Source: Myxococcota bacterium (GTDB taxonomy: Bacteria; Myxococcota_A; UBA9160; SMWR01). Taken from it: a stretch of 64,000 nt of DNA. Position 1 is the stretch's first letter. Every line of letters starts with the position of its first letter. Location: NCBI GenBank assembly GCA_035541475.1, contig DATKND010000172.1, positions 5,040-69,039 of the forward strand, read 5' to 3'. Both the position numbers and the translations under genes were made by a program. Below, piece by piece: positions 49,164 to 58,471 of this stretch. The notes beneath the pieces were generated by a model, which was not told where the DNA came from, searched no databases, and saw only the letters and a program-made list of their open reading frames with translations.

Positions 49164-49769
49164 ATGTCAATCGAAAAGGGGCCCGCGCCGGAGGCGAGCG
49201 GACCGGCCTCGGCGACCGGCGAGGCCGACCCCGCGCGCCTCGTCGGGATCGCGATCGTCTTCTATGGGCTGCTCTTCGCCGCCGCGCTGATCTGGACGCG
49301 GCTCGAGAGTCGATCGCTGTGGCTTCGGAGCGCGGGCCTCGAGATCTCGTGGCTGCGCGACGTCTCGCTCGGCGTGATCACGGCCGCCGCGCTCGTCGTG
49401 GCGAGCCGCGCGCTGACGGCCGCGACGTCGGCGGGGCGCGCGCTCGCCGACGCGCTGGCCCGGGTGCTCGGCCGCCCCGGCCTCGGCGCGTGCCTGGCTC
49501 TCGCGGCGATCAGCGGCCTCGCCGAGGAGGCGTTCTTCCGCGGCGCGCTCCAGCCGCGCGTCGGACTCGTCGTCGCGAGTGGGCTCTTCGCCGCCGCGCA
49601 CCTCGCACCGCGCCGCGAGTTCCTGCCGTGGCCCTTCTTCGCCTTCGCGGCGGGCCTCGCCTTCGGCGTGCTCTTCGACGCGACGGGCAATCTCGTCGCG
49701 CCGGTCGTCGCGCACGCGGGGATCAACGCGTGGAATCTGCGCTGGCTCGCGATGCGAACCAGGAATTGA
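49164..49769 (+). CDS. CPBP-family (CAAX-type) intramembrane glutamic protease
   Basis: Frame of ORF 48555..49769, with ATG at 49164. GLAEEAFFRGALQ, FAAAHL, VVAHAGINAW. Confidence 0.8.
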   Translation: MSIEKGPAPEASGPASATGEADPARLVGIAIVFYGLLFAAALIWTRLESRSLWLRSAGLEISWLRDVSLGVITAAALVVASRALTAATSAGRALADALARVLGRPGLGACLALAAISGLAEEAFFRGALQPRVGLVVASGLFAAAHLAPRREFLPWPFFAFAAGLAFGVLFDATGNLVAPVVAHAGINAWNLRWLAMRTRN

Positions 49770-49819
49770 TCTCGTCGCGACGTTGCGCCGTTCGCCTGGA
49801 AGCCCCGGCGAACCGAGTC

Positions 49820-50245
49820 TCATCTTCTGACCTTCACTCGCGTTCGGCTCGCTGCGCGCCGCGCGCTTCGCGCGCGACTTGCGATCGCGTCGATCTCGAT
49901 CAGCGCGCCGAGCGGCAGCGCCGCCACCTGCACCGTCGCGCGCGCGGGGTGCACGCCCGTGAAGAAGCGGCCATACACCGTGTTGATGCGCGCGAAGAGC
50001 GAGAGGTCCGTCACGTAGACGGTCGTGCGCAGCACGCGGTCGAGCCCGCTGCCCGCCTGCTCGAGCACCGCGCGCAGGTTCAGGAGCACGCGCTCGGCCT
50101 GCGCCTCGATCTCGCCCGCGATCAGCTTGCTGCTGGCTGGATCGAGCGGGATCTGCCCCGACGCGAACACCAGATCACCGTGCACCACGGCCTGCGAGTA
50201 GGGACCGACGGGCTTCGGCGCGGACGCCGACAGGACCGCGCGCAC
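49820..50245 (-). CDS. ridA: RidA/YjgF-family reactive-intermediate deaminase with a short basic C-terminal extension
   Basis: 141 aa with a GTG start. APKPVGPYSQAV, SGQIPLDP, TVYVTDL, ARATVQVAALPLGALIEIDAIA, then the tail SRARSARRAASRTRVKVRR. Confidence 0.9.
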   Translation of the reverse strand: MRAVLSASAPKPVGPYSQAVVHGDLVFASGQIPLDPASSKLIAGEIEAQAERVLLNLRAVLEQAGSGLDRVLRTTVYVTDLSLFARINTVYGRFFTGVHPARATVQVAALPLGALIEIDAIASRARSARRAASRTRVKVRR

Positions 50246-50246
50246 G

Positions 50247-50531
50247 TCAGGCGTCGAAGGGCTCGGGCTCGACCGGCAGCCGCTCTTCCAGCAGTCGCAG
50301 CAGATAGCCGAGCAGCATCAGATTGGGCAGGCGCTTGCGCACCGACGCCGGCGTCGCGGTACCCTCGCAGAACTCCTCGGCGTAGGCCCCGAAGAACTCC
50401 AGCGCGTCGAGCGGCACGTTCAGCGCGACCACCTCGTTGAGCTGCTCGACGCGCAGCTCGTCGAAGATCTCGACCAGCTCGCGCGCGAGCTCGAGGCGAG
50501 TCAGCGGCCCGTCGGAGCTCTCGGAATCCAT
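50247..50531 (-). CDS. hypothetical small acidic protein
   Basis: Within ORF 50247..50585. ATG 50531 is preceded by GAGGAAG. Its stop lies 1 nt from the ridA GTG. No family recognised. Confidence 0.5.
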   Translation of the reverse strand: MDSESSDGPLTRLELARELVEIFDELRVEQLNEVVALNVPLDALEFFGAYAEEFCEGTATPASVRKRLPNLMLLGYLLRLLEERLPVEPEPFDA

Positions 50532-50803
50532 TCGACTTCCTCGGCGAGGCTCGTTTCCGAAGCGCTCGTGTGTAGGCGTCGCCACCGACGGTGATCCTCA
50601 CGCCGTCGGACCGTGGCGCGACGTGCGCGCGACGAGAGCGCGATCCTGACAGCGGGATTTTGCAATGTCAACGAAACTGTGGAGCGCCGGAGCGTCGCGC
50701 CTCACGGTTCGCTGCGCGAGTGGGGGCTTTTCCATCGGAGTTGCGCCTGCGCTGCCGGTGAATGCGGCACGCAGCGCGTGCGCGGCCGACCGGCGCAGCG
50801 CGC

Positions 50804-51319
50804 TCAGATCTCGCGGTGCGGCGACTTCCCGTCCGACGCCTCGTCCGCCGCCTGGCCCTGCTCGAAGAGCGGCTCGCGCACGAAGATCGGCGCGTGCGCG
50901 CGCAGTGCGATCGCGATCGCGTCGCTCGGCCGCGCGTCGATCGGGAGCAGGTGTCCGCCGCGCTTCAGCAGCAGGCTCGCGTAGTACGTACCCTCGCGCA
51001 GCTCGGTGACGACCGCGCGCGCGACCTCGGCGTCGAGGTGCTGGATCAGGTCGCGCGCGAGATCGTGCGTGTTCGGCCGCGGCGAGCGCATCGACTCCAT
51101 CTCGAGCGCGATCGAGCGCGCCTCGGCGCTGCCGATCCAGATCGGCAGCCAGCGCGTGCCGCCTTCCTCCTCGAGCACGACGACGGGCGAGTCGTTGTCG
51201 TCGATCACCACGCGATCGACGCGGACGCGCACCTCATGGGCGTCGTCGGACCGCGCACTGCAGCCGACGAGCGCGGCGAGGAGGCCGAGCAGCGGGACGA
51301 GCCCTGCGCGCATGGCCAT
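50804..51319 (-). CDS. bifunctional-nuclease (BFN/DUF151) domain lipoprotein
   Basis: Within ORF 50804..51538, with ATG at 51319. Lipobox LLAALVGC. VVVLEEEGGTRWLPIWIGSAEARSIA, PRPNTHDL, ARPSDAIAIALR. Confidence 0.75.
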   Translation of the reverse strand: MAMRAGLVPLLGLLAALVGCSARSDDAHEVRVRVDRVVIDDNDSPVVVLEEEGGTRWLPIWIGSAEARSIALEMESMRSPRPNTHDLARDLIQHLDAEVARAVVTELREGTYYASLLLKRGGHLLPIDARPSDAIAIALRAHAPIFVREPLFEQGQAADEASDGKSPHREI

Positions 51320-51410
51320 AGGCGACTCCGACGTCCCCAGATTACCACCGTAGCCCCGAATCGCGGCGCCGCGAGCGCGCCCGCCGGAACGCAGGGCGGA
51401 GGGCGGGGAG

Positions 51411-51487
<77 letters not shown>

Positions 51488-51576
51488 AGACTCCCGGCTC
51501 GCGAGGCGCGCAGTATAGAACCTTGCGAGCTGCCTCAACCAGAGGCAGGGACCTCTAGAATTGGGCCCACGCGCCC

Positions 51577-53949
51577 ATGTCGGATCTCCTGCCCCTCGAT
51601 CCGCTGCACTTCTCCGTCGTCGTCTCGCTCGCGCTGTGCGGCGCCATCGCGGCGGTGTCGCTGCGGCCGCTCCTCGTGGTGCGCCATCCGCGCGCGACGC
51701 TCCTCGGGCTCGCGGGTGTCACGCTGCTCGCGTTCGCCGCGATGGTGCGAGTCGACCCCCCCGGTCTGCGCCTCGTGATCGATCCCTCGACCGAGCCGCT
51801 GCTGCCCTGGGGCGATCCGGACATCGCCACCTATCGGCAGGCGATCCGGGACTTCGGCGACGATCAGATGTACGTGATCGCGATGGAGACGCAGCAGGGT
51901 GTCTTCAGCCAGGAGCACCTCTCGGCGCTGCGTCGCGTGCGCGACCGGGTCTCGCGCCTCCCGGGCGTGCGCGCCGCGCAGAGCCTCGTCGGCGCGACCA
52001 CCTTCGGCTACTCGGCGCCGGACGACTGGATCGAGGTCAAGCCCTTCCTCGAGGAGATCCCGTCCGATCCCGCGGCGCTCGACGCGCTGCGCGAGCGCGC
52101 GCTGCACGATCCGCTGTACCTGCGCACCCTGGTGTCGGCCGACGGTCGCGCCGCGGCGCTGAACGTGACCTTCCGCGAGATGACCGACGGCGAGTTCATC
52201 GCCTCCGACCTCGACGGCCGCATCGCGGAGATCCTGCGCGACGAGACGTCGCGGGACCGCGCCTTCCACGTCTCGGGGCGGCCGCACATCAAGGCCGTGA
52301 TGTACCGCGGCATGGTGCGCGACCTCGAAGTGCTCGTGCCCGCCGTGTTCGCCGTGGTGACCGCCGTGCTGCTCCCGCTCGCGGGATCGCTGCGCGGCGT
52401 GCTGCTGCCGCTGATCAACGTCGGGGTCGGGGTGATCTGGACGTTCGGCGGGGTCGCCGCGCTCGGTAGACCGCTCTCGGTGCTGACCGTGCTGCTCGCG
52501 CCGGCGCTGCTCGCGACCGGCAGCGTCTTCGGCGTGCACGTGATCGGGGGCTACGAGGAGGAGGCGGCGCACGCGGCGACGCCCGCCGAGGCGATGGGCC
52601 GGGCGCAAACGACGCTGATCGCGCCCGTGCTGATCTCCGGCATCACCACCGCCATCGGCTTCGGCTCGCTCTGCATCACGGACGTGCCGGCCGTCTTCGA
52701 GCTCGGCGCCTTCTCGGTCCTCGGCGTCGCGTCCGTCACCCTGCTGACGATGGCCGGCGTGCCGGCGGTGCTCGCGCTGCTGCCGCTGCGGAAGGAGCGG
52801 CGCGCGGGGCTCTTCGGCGCGCGCGCGGCCGCCGCGCTCGACACCGGCCTATTGCGGCTCACCGCGTTCTCGCGGCGAAACGCCAGCGCGGTCATCTTCG
52901 CCTGCGCGGCGGTGAGCGCGCTCGGCGTGGCGCTCGTGCCGCGCATCGTGGTCGACACCGACTACCTCTCCTTCTTCGACGCCGACACGCCCGTGCGGCG
53001 CGACTTCGAGCGCGTGAACGCGCTGCTCTCCGGCGCGGTGCCGCTCTTCGTCGTGCTCGACGGCGGCAGTCCGGGCGCGCTGCGCGAGCCCGACAATCTG
53101 CGCGCGATCGAGAGGCTGCAGGGGCGCCTCGACGCGCTGCCGGGCGTCTCGCACACGACGTCGTTTCTCGACACCTTGCGCGTGCTGAACCGCGCGCTCT
53201 CGCGCGACGACCCGGCGCAGGAACGCGTGCCGGACTCGCGCGCCGCCATCGCCGAGCTCCTCTTCATGCTGCCGAAGGCGGACCTCCAGCGCTTCGCCAC
53301 CGTCGACCAGCAGAGCGCCAATCTGATCGTGCGGACGGGCGCGGTCGGCTCCGCGTCGATGCGCGCGCTCGGCGCCCGCATCGACGACGTGCTCTCGCAC
53401 GACACGCCTCCGGGCTTCACGGCGCGCGTGACGGGCAACGCGCTGCTGCTGACGCGCGCCGCGGACGGCGTCGCCGGTGGTCAAGCGAGCAGCCTGCTGG
53501 CCGAGACGCTCGCGATCTTCGCCTTGATGTCGTGGAGCCTCCGCTCCTTCTCGCTGGGATTCATGGCGATGGTCCCGAACCTGGTGCCGGTCGCGATCTT
53601 CTTCGGGATGCTCGGCGCCGGCGTCGCGACGCTCTCGCTGCCGAGCAGCCTGATCGCGGTGGTGTCGCTCGGCCTCGCGATCGACTCGACCGCGCACTTC
53701 CTGTTCCACTATCGCGAGTACCGGCGCGCGGGCGCGACGCCCGATGAGGCGGTGGCGAGCTGCGTGCGGGCGCTCGGCCGGCCGATCGCGATCGCGGAGA
53801 CGATGCTCTGCGTCGGCTTCGCGGCGGTGGCCGCCTCGCACTTCGCCACCTTGCGCGAGTTCGGGATCCTGACCTCGATCAGCGTCGGCGTGTGCCTGAT
53901 CTGCAACCTGATGCTGCTGCCGGCGCTGCTCGTCCGCCTGAAGGTGTAG
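51577..53949 (+). CDS. MMPL/RND-superfamily exporter (HpnN-like architecture)
   Basis: 790 aa. Two blocks, each with one TM, a large periplasmic loop and a five-TM bundle. Typical MMPL sequence features (FGDDQMYVIAME, LLPLINVGVGVIWTFG, AIDSTAHFLF). Confidence 0.8.
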   Translation: MSDLLPLDPLHFSVVVSLALCGAIAAVSLRPLLVVRHPRATLLGLAGVTLLAFAAMVRVDPPGLRLVIDPSTEPLLPWGDPDIATYRQAIRDFGDDQMYVIAMETQQGVFSQEHLSALRRVRDRVSRLPGVRAAQSLVGATTFGYSAPDDWIEVKPFLEEIPSDPAALDALRERALHDPLYLRTLVSADGRAAALNVTFREMTDGEFIASDLDGRIAEILRDETSRDRAFHVSGRPHIKAVMYRGMVRDLEVLVPAVFAVVTAVLLPLAGSLRGVLLPLINVGVGVIWTFGGVAALGRPLSVLTVLLAPALLATGSVFGVHVIGGYEEEAAHAATPAEAMGRAQTTLIAPVLISGITTAIGFGSLCITDVPAVFELGAFSVLGVASVTLLTMAGVPAVLALLPLRKERRAGLFGARAAAALDTGLLRLTAFSRRNASAVIFACAAVSALGVALVPRIVVDTDYLSFFDADTPVRRDFERVNALLSGAVPLFVVLDGGSPGALREPDNLRAIERLQGRLDALPGVSHTTSFLDTLRVLNRALSRDDPAQERVPDSRAAIAELLFMLPKADLQRFATVDQQSANLIVRTGAVGSASMRALGARIDDVLSHDTPPGFTARVTGNALLLTRAADGVAGGQASSLLAETLAIFALMSWSLRSFSLGFMAMVPNLVPVAIFFGMLGAGVATLSLPSSLIAVVSLGLAIDSTAHFLFHYREYRRAGATPDEAVASCVRALGRPIAIAETMLCVGFAAVAASHFATLREFGILTSISVGVCLICNLMLLPALLVRLKV

Positions 53950-53955
53950 GCGGGC

Positions 53956-54792
53956 TCAGTTCTCTTCCTCGAGCTTGCGCAGGTCGAACGCCGAGTCCAG
54001 CAGGTGCGGGTTCGGGTCGAAGCTCAGGATCTCGAAGGTGGTGAAGGACTCGAGCTGCAGGTTTCGCATCGTGACCTTCATCGGCACCTGCACGCCGTCG
54101 AAGTCCTGCACGTCCTGCGGGCGCGTGCGCAGCTCCTTCACCTCGACGCCAGCGAGGTCGAAGTAGCGCACGCGCAGCGGCACCATGCGACGCTTGTCGA
54201 CGTAGAAGAGAAACTTCGAGTAGGCCGACTCGAGCAGCGGCGTCGGGTGCGCCTCCACCACGAAGACCGGCGAGTCGTCGAGCACCGTGTCCTCGAGGCG
54301 CACGTAGGTCGCGTCCTCGAGCTCGTGCGGGATTACGTCCTCGAAGGAGAAATCGGTGCCGAAGACCGCCTTGCCGCGCAGGTTCACGCGGATGGTGCGG
54401 CGCCGGCTCGGCAGGTAGAGGAAGTGGTCGTCGAGGCGGCCGGCGTTCTGGATCGCGAGGTAGCCCGAGTGGCGCAGGTCGAAGGGATACTCGTACTTGA
54501 TCAGCACCTTGGAATCGATGCCGCGTATCGGCTGGTCGTGCTCGTCGTGGAACTGCTTGAAGATGATCGTCATGCGCGCTTCCTGGACGCGGCCCGTGCG
54601 ATCGCCCGACGCCATGCGCGCCTCCTGCGAGAACTCGCGGAAGCGGTTCTTCAGCACGCGCGAGTAGATGTCCTCGGCGGTGAGCTTCGCGTCGTCGGGC
54701 TGCGCGCCCGCGGCGCGGCAGGGCGCCGCGCCGAGCGCCACGACCCACCCGGCGAGAGCGGCGCAGAGCGCCCGCCCTCCGCGCGACCGCAT
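53956..54792 (-). CDS. LolA-like outer-membrane lipoprotein-sorting-family protein
   Basis: Within ORF 53956..56205, with ATG at 54792. Signal peptide. DIYSRVLKNRF..., YLPSRRRTIRV, GTDFSFEDV. Convergent with the MMPL gene, 6 nt between stops. Confidence 0.7.
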   Translation of the reverse strand: MRSRGGRALCAALAGWVVALGAAPCRAAGAQPDDAKLTAEDIYSRVLKNRFREFSQEARMASGDRTGRVQEARMTIIFKQFHDEHDQPIRGIDSKVLIKYEYPFDLRHSGYLAIQNAGRLDDHFLYLPSRRRTIRVNLRGKAVFGTDFSFEDVIPHELEDATYVRLEDTVLDDSPVFVVEAHPTPLLESAYSKFLFYVDKRRMVPLRVRYFDLAGVEVKELRTRPQDVQDFDGVQVPMKVTMRNLQLESFTTFEILSFDPNPHLLDSAFDLRKLEEEN

Positions 54793-54803
54793 CGCTGGCC
54801 CCT

Positions 54804-55472
54804 TCAGCCGGCCCCGGCAGCCCGCCGCAATTCCGCGATCGCCGCCGCGCGATCGCGCGCGCCGAACACTGCCGTGCCGGCCACGAAGACGTCGGCGCCC
54901 GCCCGCGCCGCCGCCCCGATCGTCTCGGGGCCGATGCCGCCGTCCACCTCGAGCGCGACGTCGAGCCCGCGCTCGTCGATCCAGCGCCGGATCTGCTGGA
55001 TCTTGCCGAGCATGCTCGAGATGAATTTCTGTCCGCCGAAGCCCGGGTTGACCGTCATCACCAGCACCTGGTCGACGTCGCCGAGCACGGGCTCGATCGC
55101 GATCGCGGGCGTGGAGGGGTTCAGCACGACGCTGGCGCGCGCGCCGCACTCGCGGATCTGCGCGAGGTTGCGGTGCAGGTGCGGGCAGGTCTCGACGTGC
55201 ACGCCGACCGTCGTCGCGCCGGCGCGCACGAAATCGGGCACGTAGCGCTCCGGCTCGACGATCATCAGGTGGACGTCGAGCGGCAGCGAGGTCGCGCGCT
55301 TCACCGCCTGCACGATCAGCGGTCCAATCGTGATGTTGGGCACGAAGCGGCCGTCCATCACGTCGACGTGAACCCAGTCGGCGCCGCCGCGCTCGACGCT
55401 CGCGAGCTCGGCGGCGAGCTGCGCGAAGTCGGCGGACAGGATCGACGGCGCGATGCGGACGCCGCGACTCAA
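54804..55472 (-). CDS. rpe: ribulose-phosphate 3-epimerase
   Basis: Within ORF 54804..57095. TTG 55472 overlaps the rsmB stop (TTGA). IAPSILSADF, HVDVMDGRFVPN, MTVNPGFGGQ, VDGG. Confidence 0.9.
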   Translation of the reverse strand: MSRGVRIAPSILSADFAQLAAELASVERGGADWVHVDVMDGRFVPNITIGPLIVQAVKRATSLPLDVHLMIVEPERYVPDFVRAGATTVGVHVETCPHLHRNLAQIRECGARASVVLNPSTPAIAIEPVLGDVDQVLVMTVNPGFGGQKFISSMLGKIQQIRRWIDERGLDVALEVDGGIGPETIGAAARAGADVFVAGTAVFGARDRAAAIAELRRAAGAG

Positions 55473-56890
55473 GCGGTTCGCTCGATGCGCGCCGCGAAGA
55501 AGCCGTCGGTGTCGTGGCGATGCGGCAAGGTGCGCAGGAATCCCCGCTCGTCCTGCAGCTCGCGCACAGAGTCCGGCGCGGCATCGCGCGAGGACGCGGC
55601 GAAGCCCTGGGAGTCGCGCAGGAACGCCTCGACCACGGCTTCGTTCTCCTCGGGCAGCAGAGTGCACGTACTGTAGACGACGACACCGCCGGGGCGCAGC
55701 GCGGCGGCGGCATGGCGGAGCAGCGAGCGCTGGGTCTCGGCCAGGCGCGCCGGATCGCTGGGGTGGACGCGCCAGCGCGCGTCGGGATTGCGGCGCAGCG
55801 CGCCGAGCCCGGAGCAGGGCGCATCCACCAGCACGCGGTCGAAGCCGGGGCCGACGAGCCCCGGCGGCAGCGGGCGCGAGGCGTCGAGCGCGCGAGAGAC
55901 GACGTTCTCGAGGCGCAGCCGCCTCGCCGCGCGCTGCACCAGATCGAGGCGGCGTTCGTTGCGGTCCAGCGCGACCACCTCGCCCTCCGGCCCGATGCGC
56001 TCGGCGATCGCGCTGGCCTTGCCGCCCGGCGCGGCGCAGGCGTCGAGCACGCGCTCGCCCGGCTGCGGGTCGAGCAGATCGACCACGAGCTGGCTCGCCT
56101 CGTCCTGCACCGTGAAGCGCCCCTCGCGGAAGGCGGGGTCGAGCGTCGGGTTGCCGCCGCGGCCGAGCACGATGCCGTGTCGGGCGTAGCGGCAGGCGCG
56201 CGCATCCGGGAAGCGCGCGCGCAGCTCGTCCAGCAGCGCGTCGCGCGACACCCGCTGCGGATTGGCGCGCACGCAGAGCGGCGGGACCTCGTTCGACGCG
56301 GCGGCGAGCGCGGCGGCCTCCTCGGCTCCGAAGGTCTCGATCCAGCGCGCCGCGATCCACTGCGGCAGCGAGAGCGCGTGCATCAGGTGGCCGAGCGGAT
56401 CGTCCTCGAGCCGCGGCAGCGCGATCTGCGCGTGCTCGCGCGCTAGGCGGCGGAGCACCGCGTTCACGAGACCCGTCGAGCGCTCGGCGCCGACCGCGCG
56501 CGCACACCGCACCGACTCGTCGACCGCGGCGGACGGCGGCACGCGGTCGACGAAGAGGATCTGATACGCGCCGAGCCGCAGCGCGGTCGCGACGAGCGGC
56601 TCCAGCCGATCGAGATCGCGGTCGAGGCAGCGGCGCAGCAGGTAGTCGATGCGGCCGCGCCAGCGGAGCGTTCCGTAGACGAGCTCGGTGGCGAAGGCGC
56701 GGTCGGCGGCCGAGAGCGGGCTGCGCGCGAGGTTCGCGTGCAGCAGCAGGTCCGCGAAGGCGCCGGCACGCTGGACGCGCTCGAGCACGCGGAGCGCCAG
56801 CAGCCGCGTGCGGGTCGGCGCAGGAGGACGTCCCTCCCCCCGGCGCTCGCGCGACGCGGGCCGCCCGCGCCGCGGTCTGGTGCGTTCCAT
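55469..56890 (-). CDS. rsmB: 16S rRNA (cytosine967-C5)-methyltransferase
   Basis: Within ORF 55469..57295, with ATG at 56890. NusB-like N-terminus, DACAAPGGK, DAPCSGLGALRRNPD, YSTCT. Confidence 0.9.
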   Translation of the reverse strand: MERTRPRRGRPASRERRGEGRPPAPTRTRLLALRVLERVQRAGAFADLLLHANLARSPLSAADRAFATELVYGTLRWRGRIDYLLRRCLDRDLDRLEPLVATALRLGAYQILFVDRVPPSAAVDESVRCARAVGAERSTGLVNAVLRRLAREHAQIALPRLEDDPLGHLMHALSLPQWIAARWIETFGAEEAAALAAASNEVPPLCVRANPQRVSRDALLDELRARFPDARACRYARHGIVLGRGGNPTLDPAFREGRFTVQDEASQLVVDLLDPQPGERVLDACAAPGGKASAIAERIGPEGEVVALDRNERRLDLVQRAARRLRLENVVSRALDASRPLPPGLVGPGFDRVLVDAPCSGLGALRRNPDARWRVHPSDPARLAETQRSLLRHAAAALRPGGVVVYSTCTLLPEENEAVVEAFLRDSQGFAASSRDAAPDSVRELQDERGFLRTLPHRHDTDGFFAARIERTA

Positions 56891-56910
56891 GAAAGCTCCC
56901 GCAGTCGAGC

Positions 56911-57822
56911 TTAGAGGTCGCCCTGCGGCTCCGCACCGAGTCGCGCACCGTCGGGAATCGGGTGTCCGCGCAGGAACGCCGCGATCTCGAGCGGGCGACC
57001 GCCGGGGCGCTGCAGCTCCTGCGGCACGAGCCAGCCGTCGCCGGTGGCGACTCGCAGCGAATGCTTGCCGACGAGTCGCACGCGTCCCGGCACATCCGAC
57101 GTCGCGCCCGGCTCCGCGCGCGCGCGCAGGATCCGCAGCGGCTCTCCCTGGAAGAGCGCGTAGGCGCCGGGGCTCGGCGAGAGCGCGCGCACGCGCCGCG
57201 CGAGCGAGACGGCCGGCTCGTCGAAGCGGAGCCGCGCCTCCTCGCGCTCGAGCTTCGGCGCGAGCGTCGCGCGCGACGCGTCCTGCTCGTGCCATTTCAC
57301 GGTGTCGGCTTCGATCCGCGCGAGCGTCTCGGCGATCGCCTCGGCGGCGAGCGCGGCGAGCCTCGCGCCGAGCTCGCCGCAGGTCTCCTGCTCGCCGATC
57401 GCGAGCTCGCGCACGAGCGCGACGGGCCCGGCGTCCATCTCGCGCTCGACGCGCATCACCGAGATGCCGGTCGTTGCGTCACCGCAGAGGATCGCGCGCG
57501 CGATCGGCGCCGCGCCGCGCCAGCGCGGCAGCAGGCTCGCGTGCGCGTTGATGCAGTAGCCGCGCGCTGGCAAGGTGCGGACGGACTTCGGCAGGAACTG
57601 CCCGTAGGCCACCACCACGCCGACGTCGGGTGCCGCCTCGGCCAGACGCGGCAGCGCGTCGGCGACGCGCTCGGGCCGCAGCAACGGCACGCCCGCCGCC
57701 AGCGCGCGCACCGACACCGGAGACGGATCGGCGCGGCGCCCGCGCCCGCGTGGGCGGTCGGGCTGCGAGACCGCAACCGCGACCGCGTGCGGACCGGTCA
57801 GCAGCCGCTCGAGCGTCGGCAC
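56911..57822 (-). CDS. fmt: methionyl-tRNA formyltransferase (true start probably upstream at a non-canonical codon, up to 57864)
   Basis: ORF track starts at GTG 57822. The conserved N-terminal strand LRIAFFGTPDFA is encoded upstream (57858-57823), where no ATG/GTG/TTG is available. Core motifs INAHASLLPRWRGAAPI. Confidence 0.9.
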   Translation of the reverse strand: MPTLERLLTGPHAVAVAVSQPDRPRGRGRRADPSPVSVRALAAGVPLLRPERVADALPRLAEAAPDVGVVVAYGQFLPKSVRTLPARGYCINAHASLLPRWRGAAPIARAILCGDATTGISVMRVEREMDAGPVALVRELAIGEQETCGELGARLAALAAEAIAETLARIEADTVKWHEQDASRATLAPKLEREEARLRFDEPAVSLARRVRALSPSPGAYALFQGEPLRILRARAEPGATSDVPGRVRLVGKHSLRVATGDGWLVPQELQRPGGRPLEIAAFLRGHPIPDGARLGAEPQGDL

Positions 57823-57873
57823 GGCGAAGTCCGGCGTGCCGAAGAAGGCGATGCGCAGCGCCAGGGCTCTCGC

Positions 57874-58422
57874 CTAGGAGGAATCGGCCGCCGCCGACTC
57901 GCCCTCTTCCTGCTCGCGCCGTAGCTGCTTCTGACGCTTCAGCACGTAGCGGCTCCGCTTCAGATGCGAGATGCGGTCGATGAAGAGCTTGCCGTCGAGG
58001 TGATCGATCTCGTGCTGGAAGCACACCGCCTGGAGTCCCTCGGCGCGGATCGCGACCTCCCCGCGCTCGAGATCCTGCGCAACGAGCAGCACGCGCTCGG
58101 CGCGATCGACCTCGGCCTCGAAGTCCGGCACCGAGAGGCAGCCCTCCTTCCACGTGATCTTCCCCTCGGCCTCGCGCAGCTCGGGGTTCAGCAGGATCAG
58201 CGGGCTCCGCTCGGCGCCTTCCTCGGTCCACTGCGTGTCGACGACGATGAGGCGCACCGACTCCCCGACCTGCGGCGCGGCCAGCCCGATGCCGGGCTCG
58301 TCGTACATCACGTCGCACATGTCGCGCGCGAGCTCGCGCAACGCGTCGGTGACCTCGACGATCGACCGGGACACGTCGCGCAGCCGCGGGTCGGGAAATT
58401 TGAGGACGGGTCGAAGGGCCAA
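57874..58422 (-). CDS. def: peptide deformylase
   Basis: Within ORF 57874..58554. TTG 58422 gives the classic N-terminus MALRPVLKFPDPRL. Motifs GIGLAAPQVG, EGCLSVP, HEIDHLDG. Confidence 0.9.
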   Translation of the reverse strand: MALRPVLKFPDPRLRDVSRSIVEVTDALRELARDMCDVMYDEPGIGLAAPQVGESVRLIVVDTQWTEEGAERSPLILLNPELREAEGKITWKEGCLSVPDFEAEVDRAERVLLVAQDLERGEVAIRAEGLQAVCFQHEIDHLDGKLFIDRISHLKRSRYVLKRQKQLRREQEEGESAAADSS

Positions 58423-58471
58423 GGGCGCCTCGGGGTCGGGCGCGCGGGTGGAAGGCCGCGCGGTCGCGATC

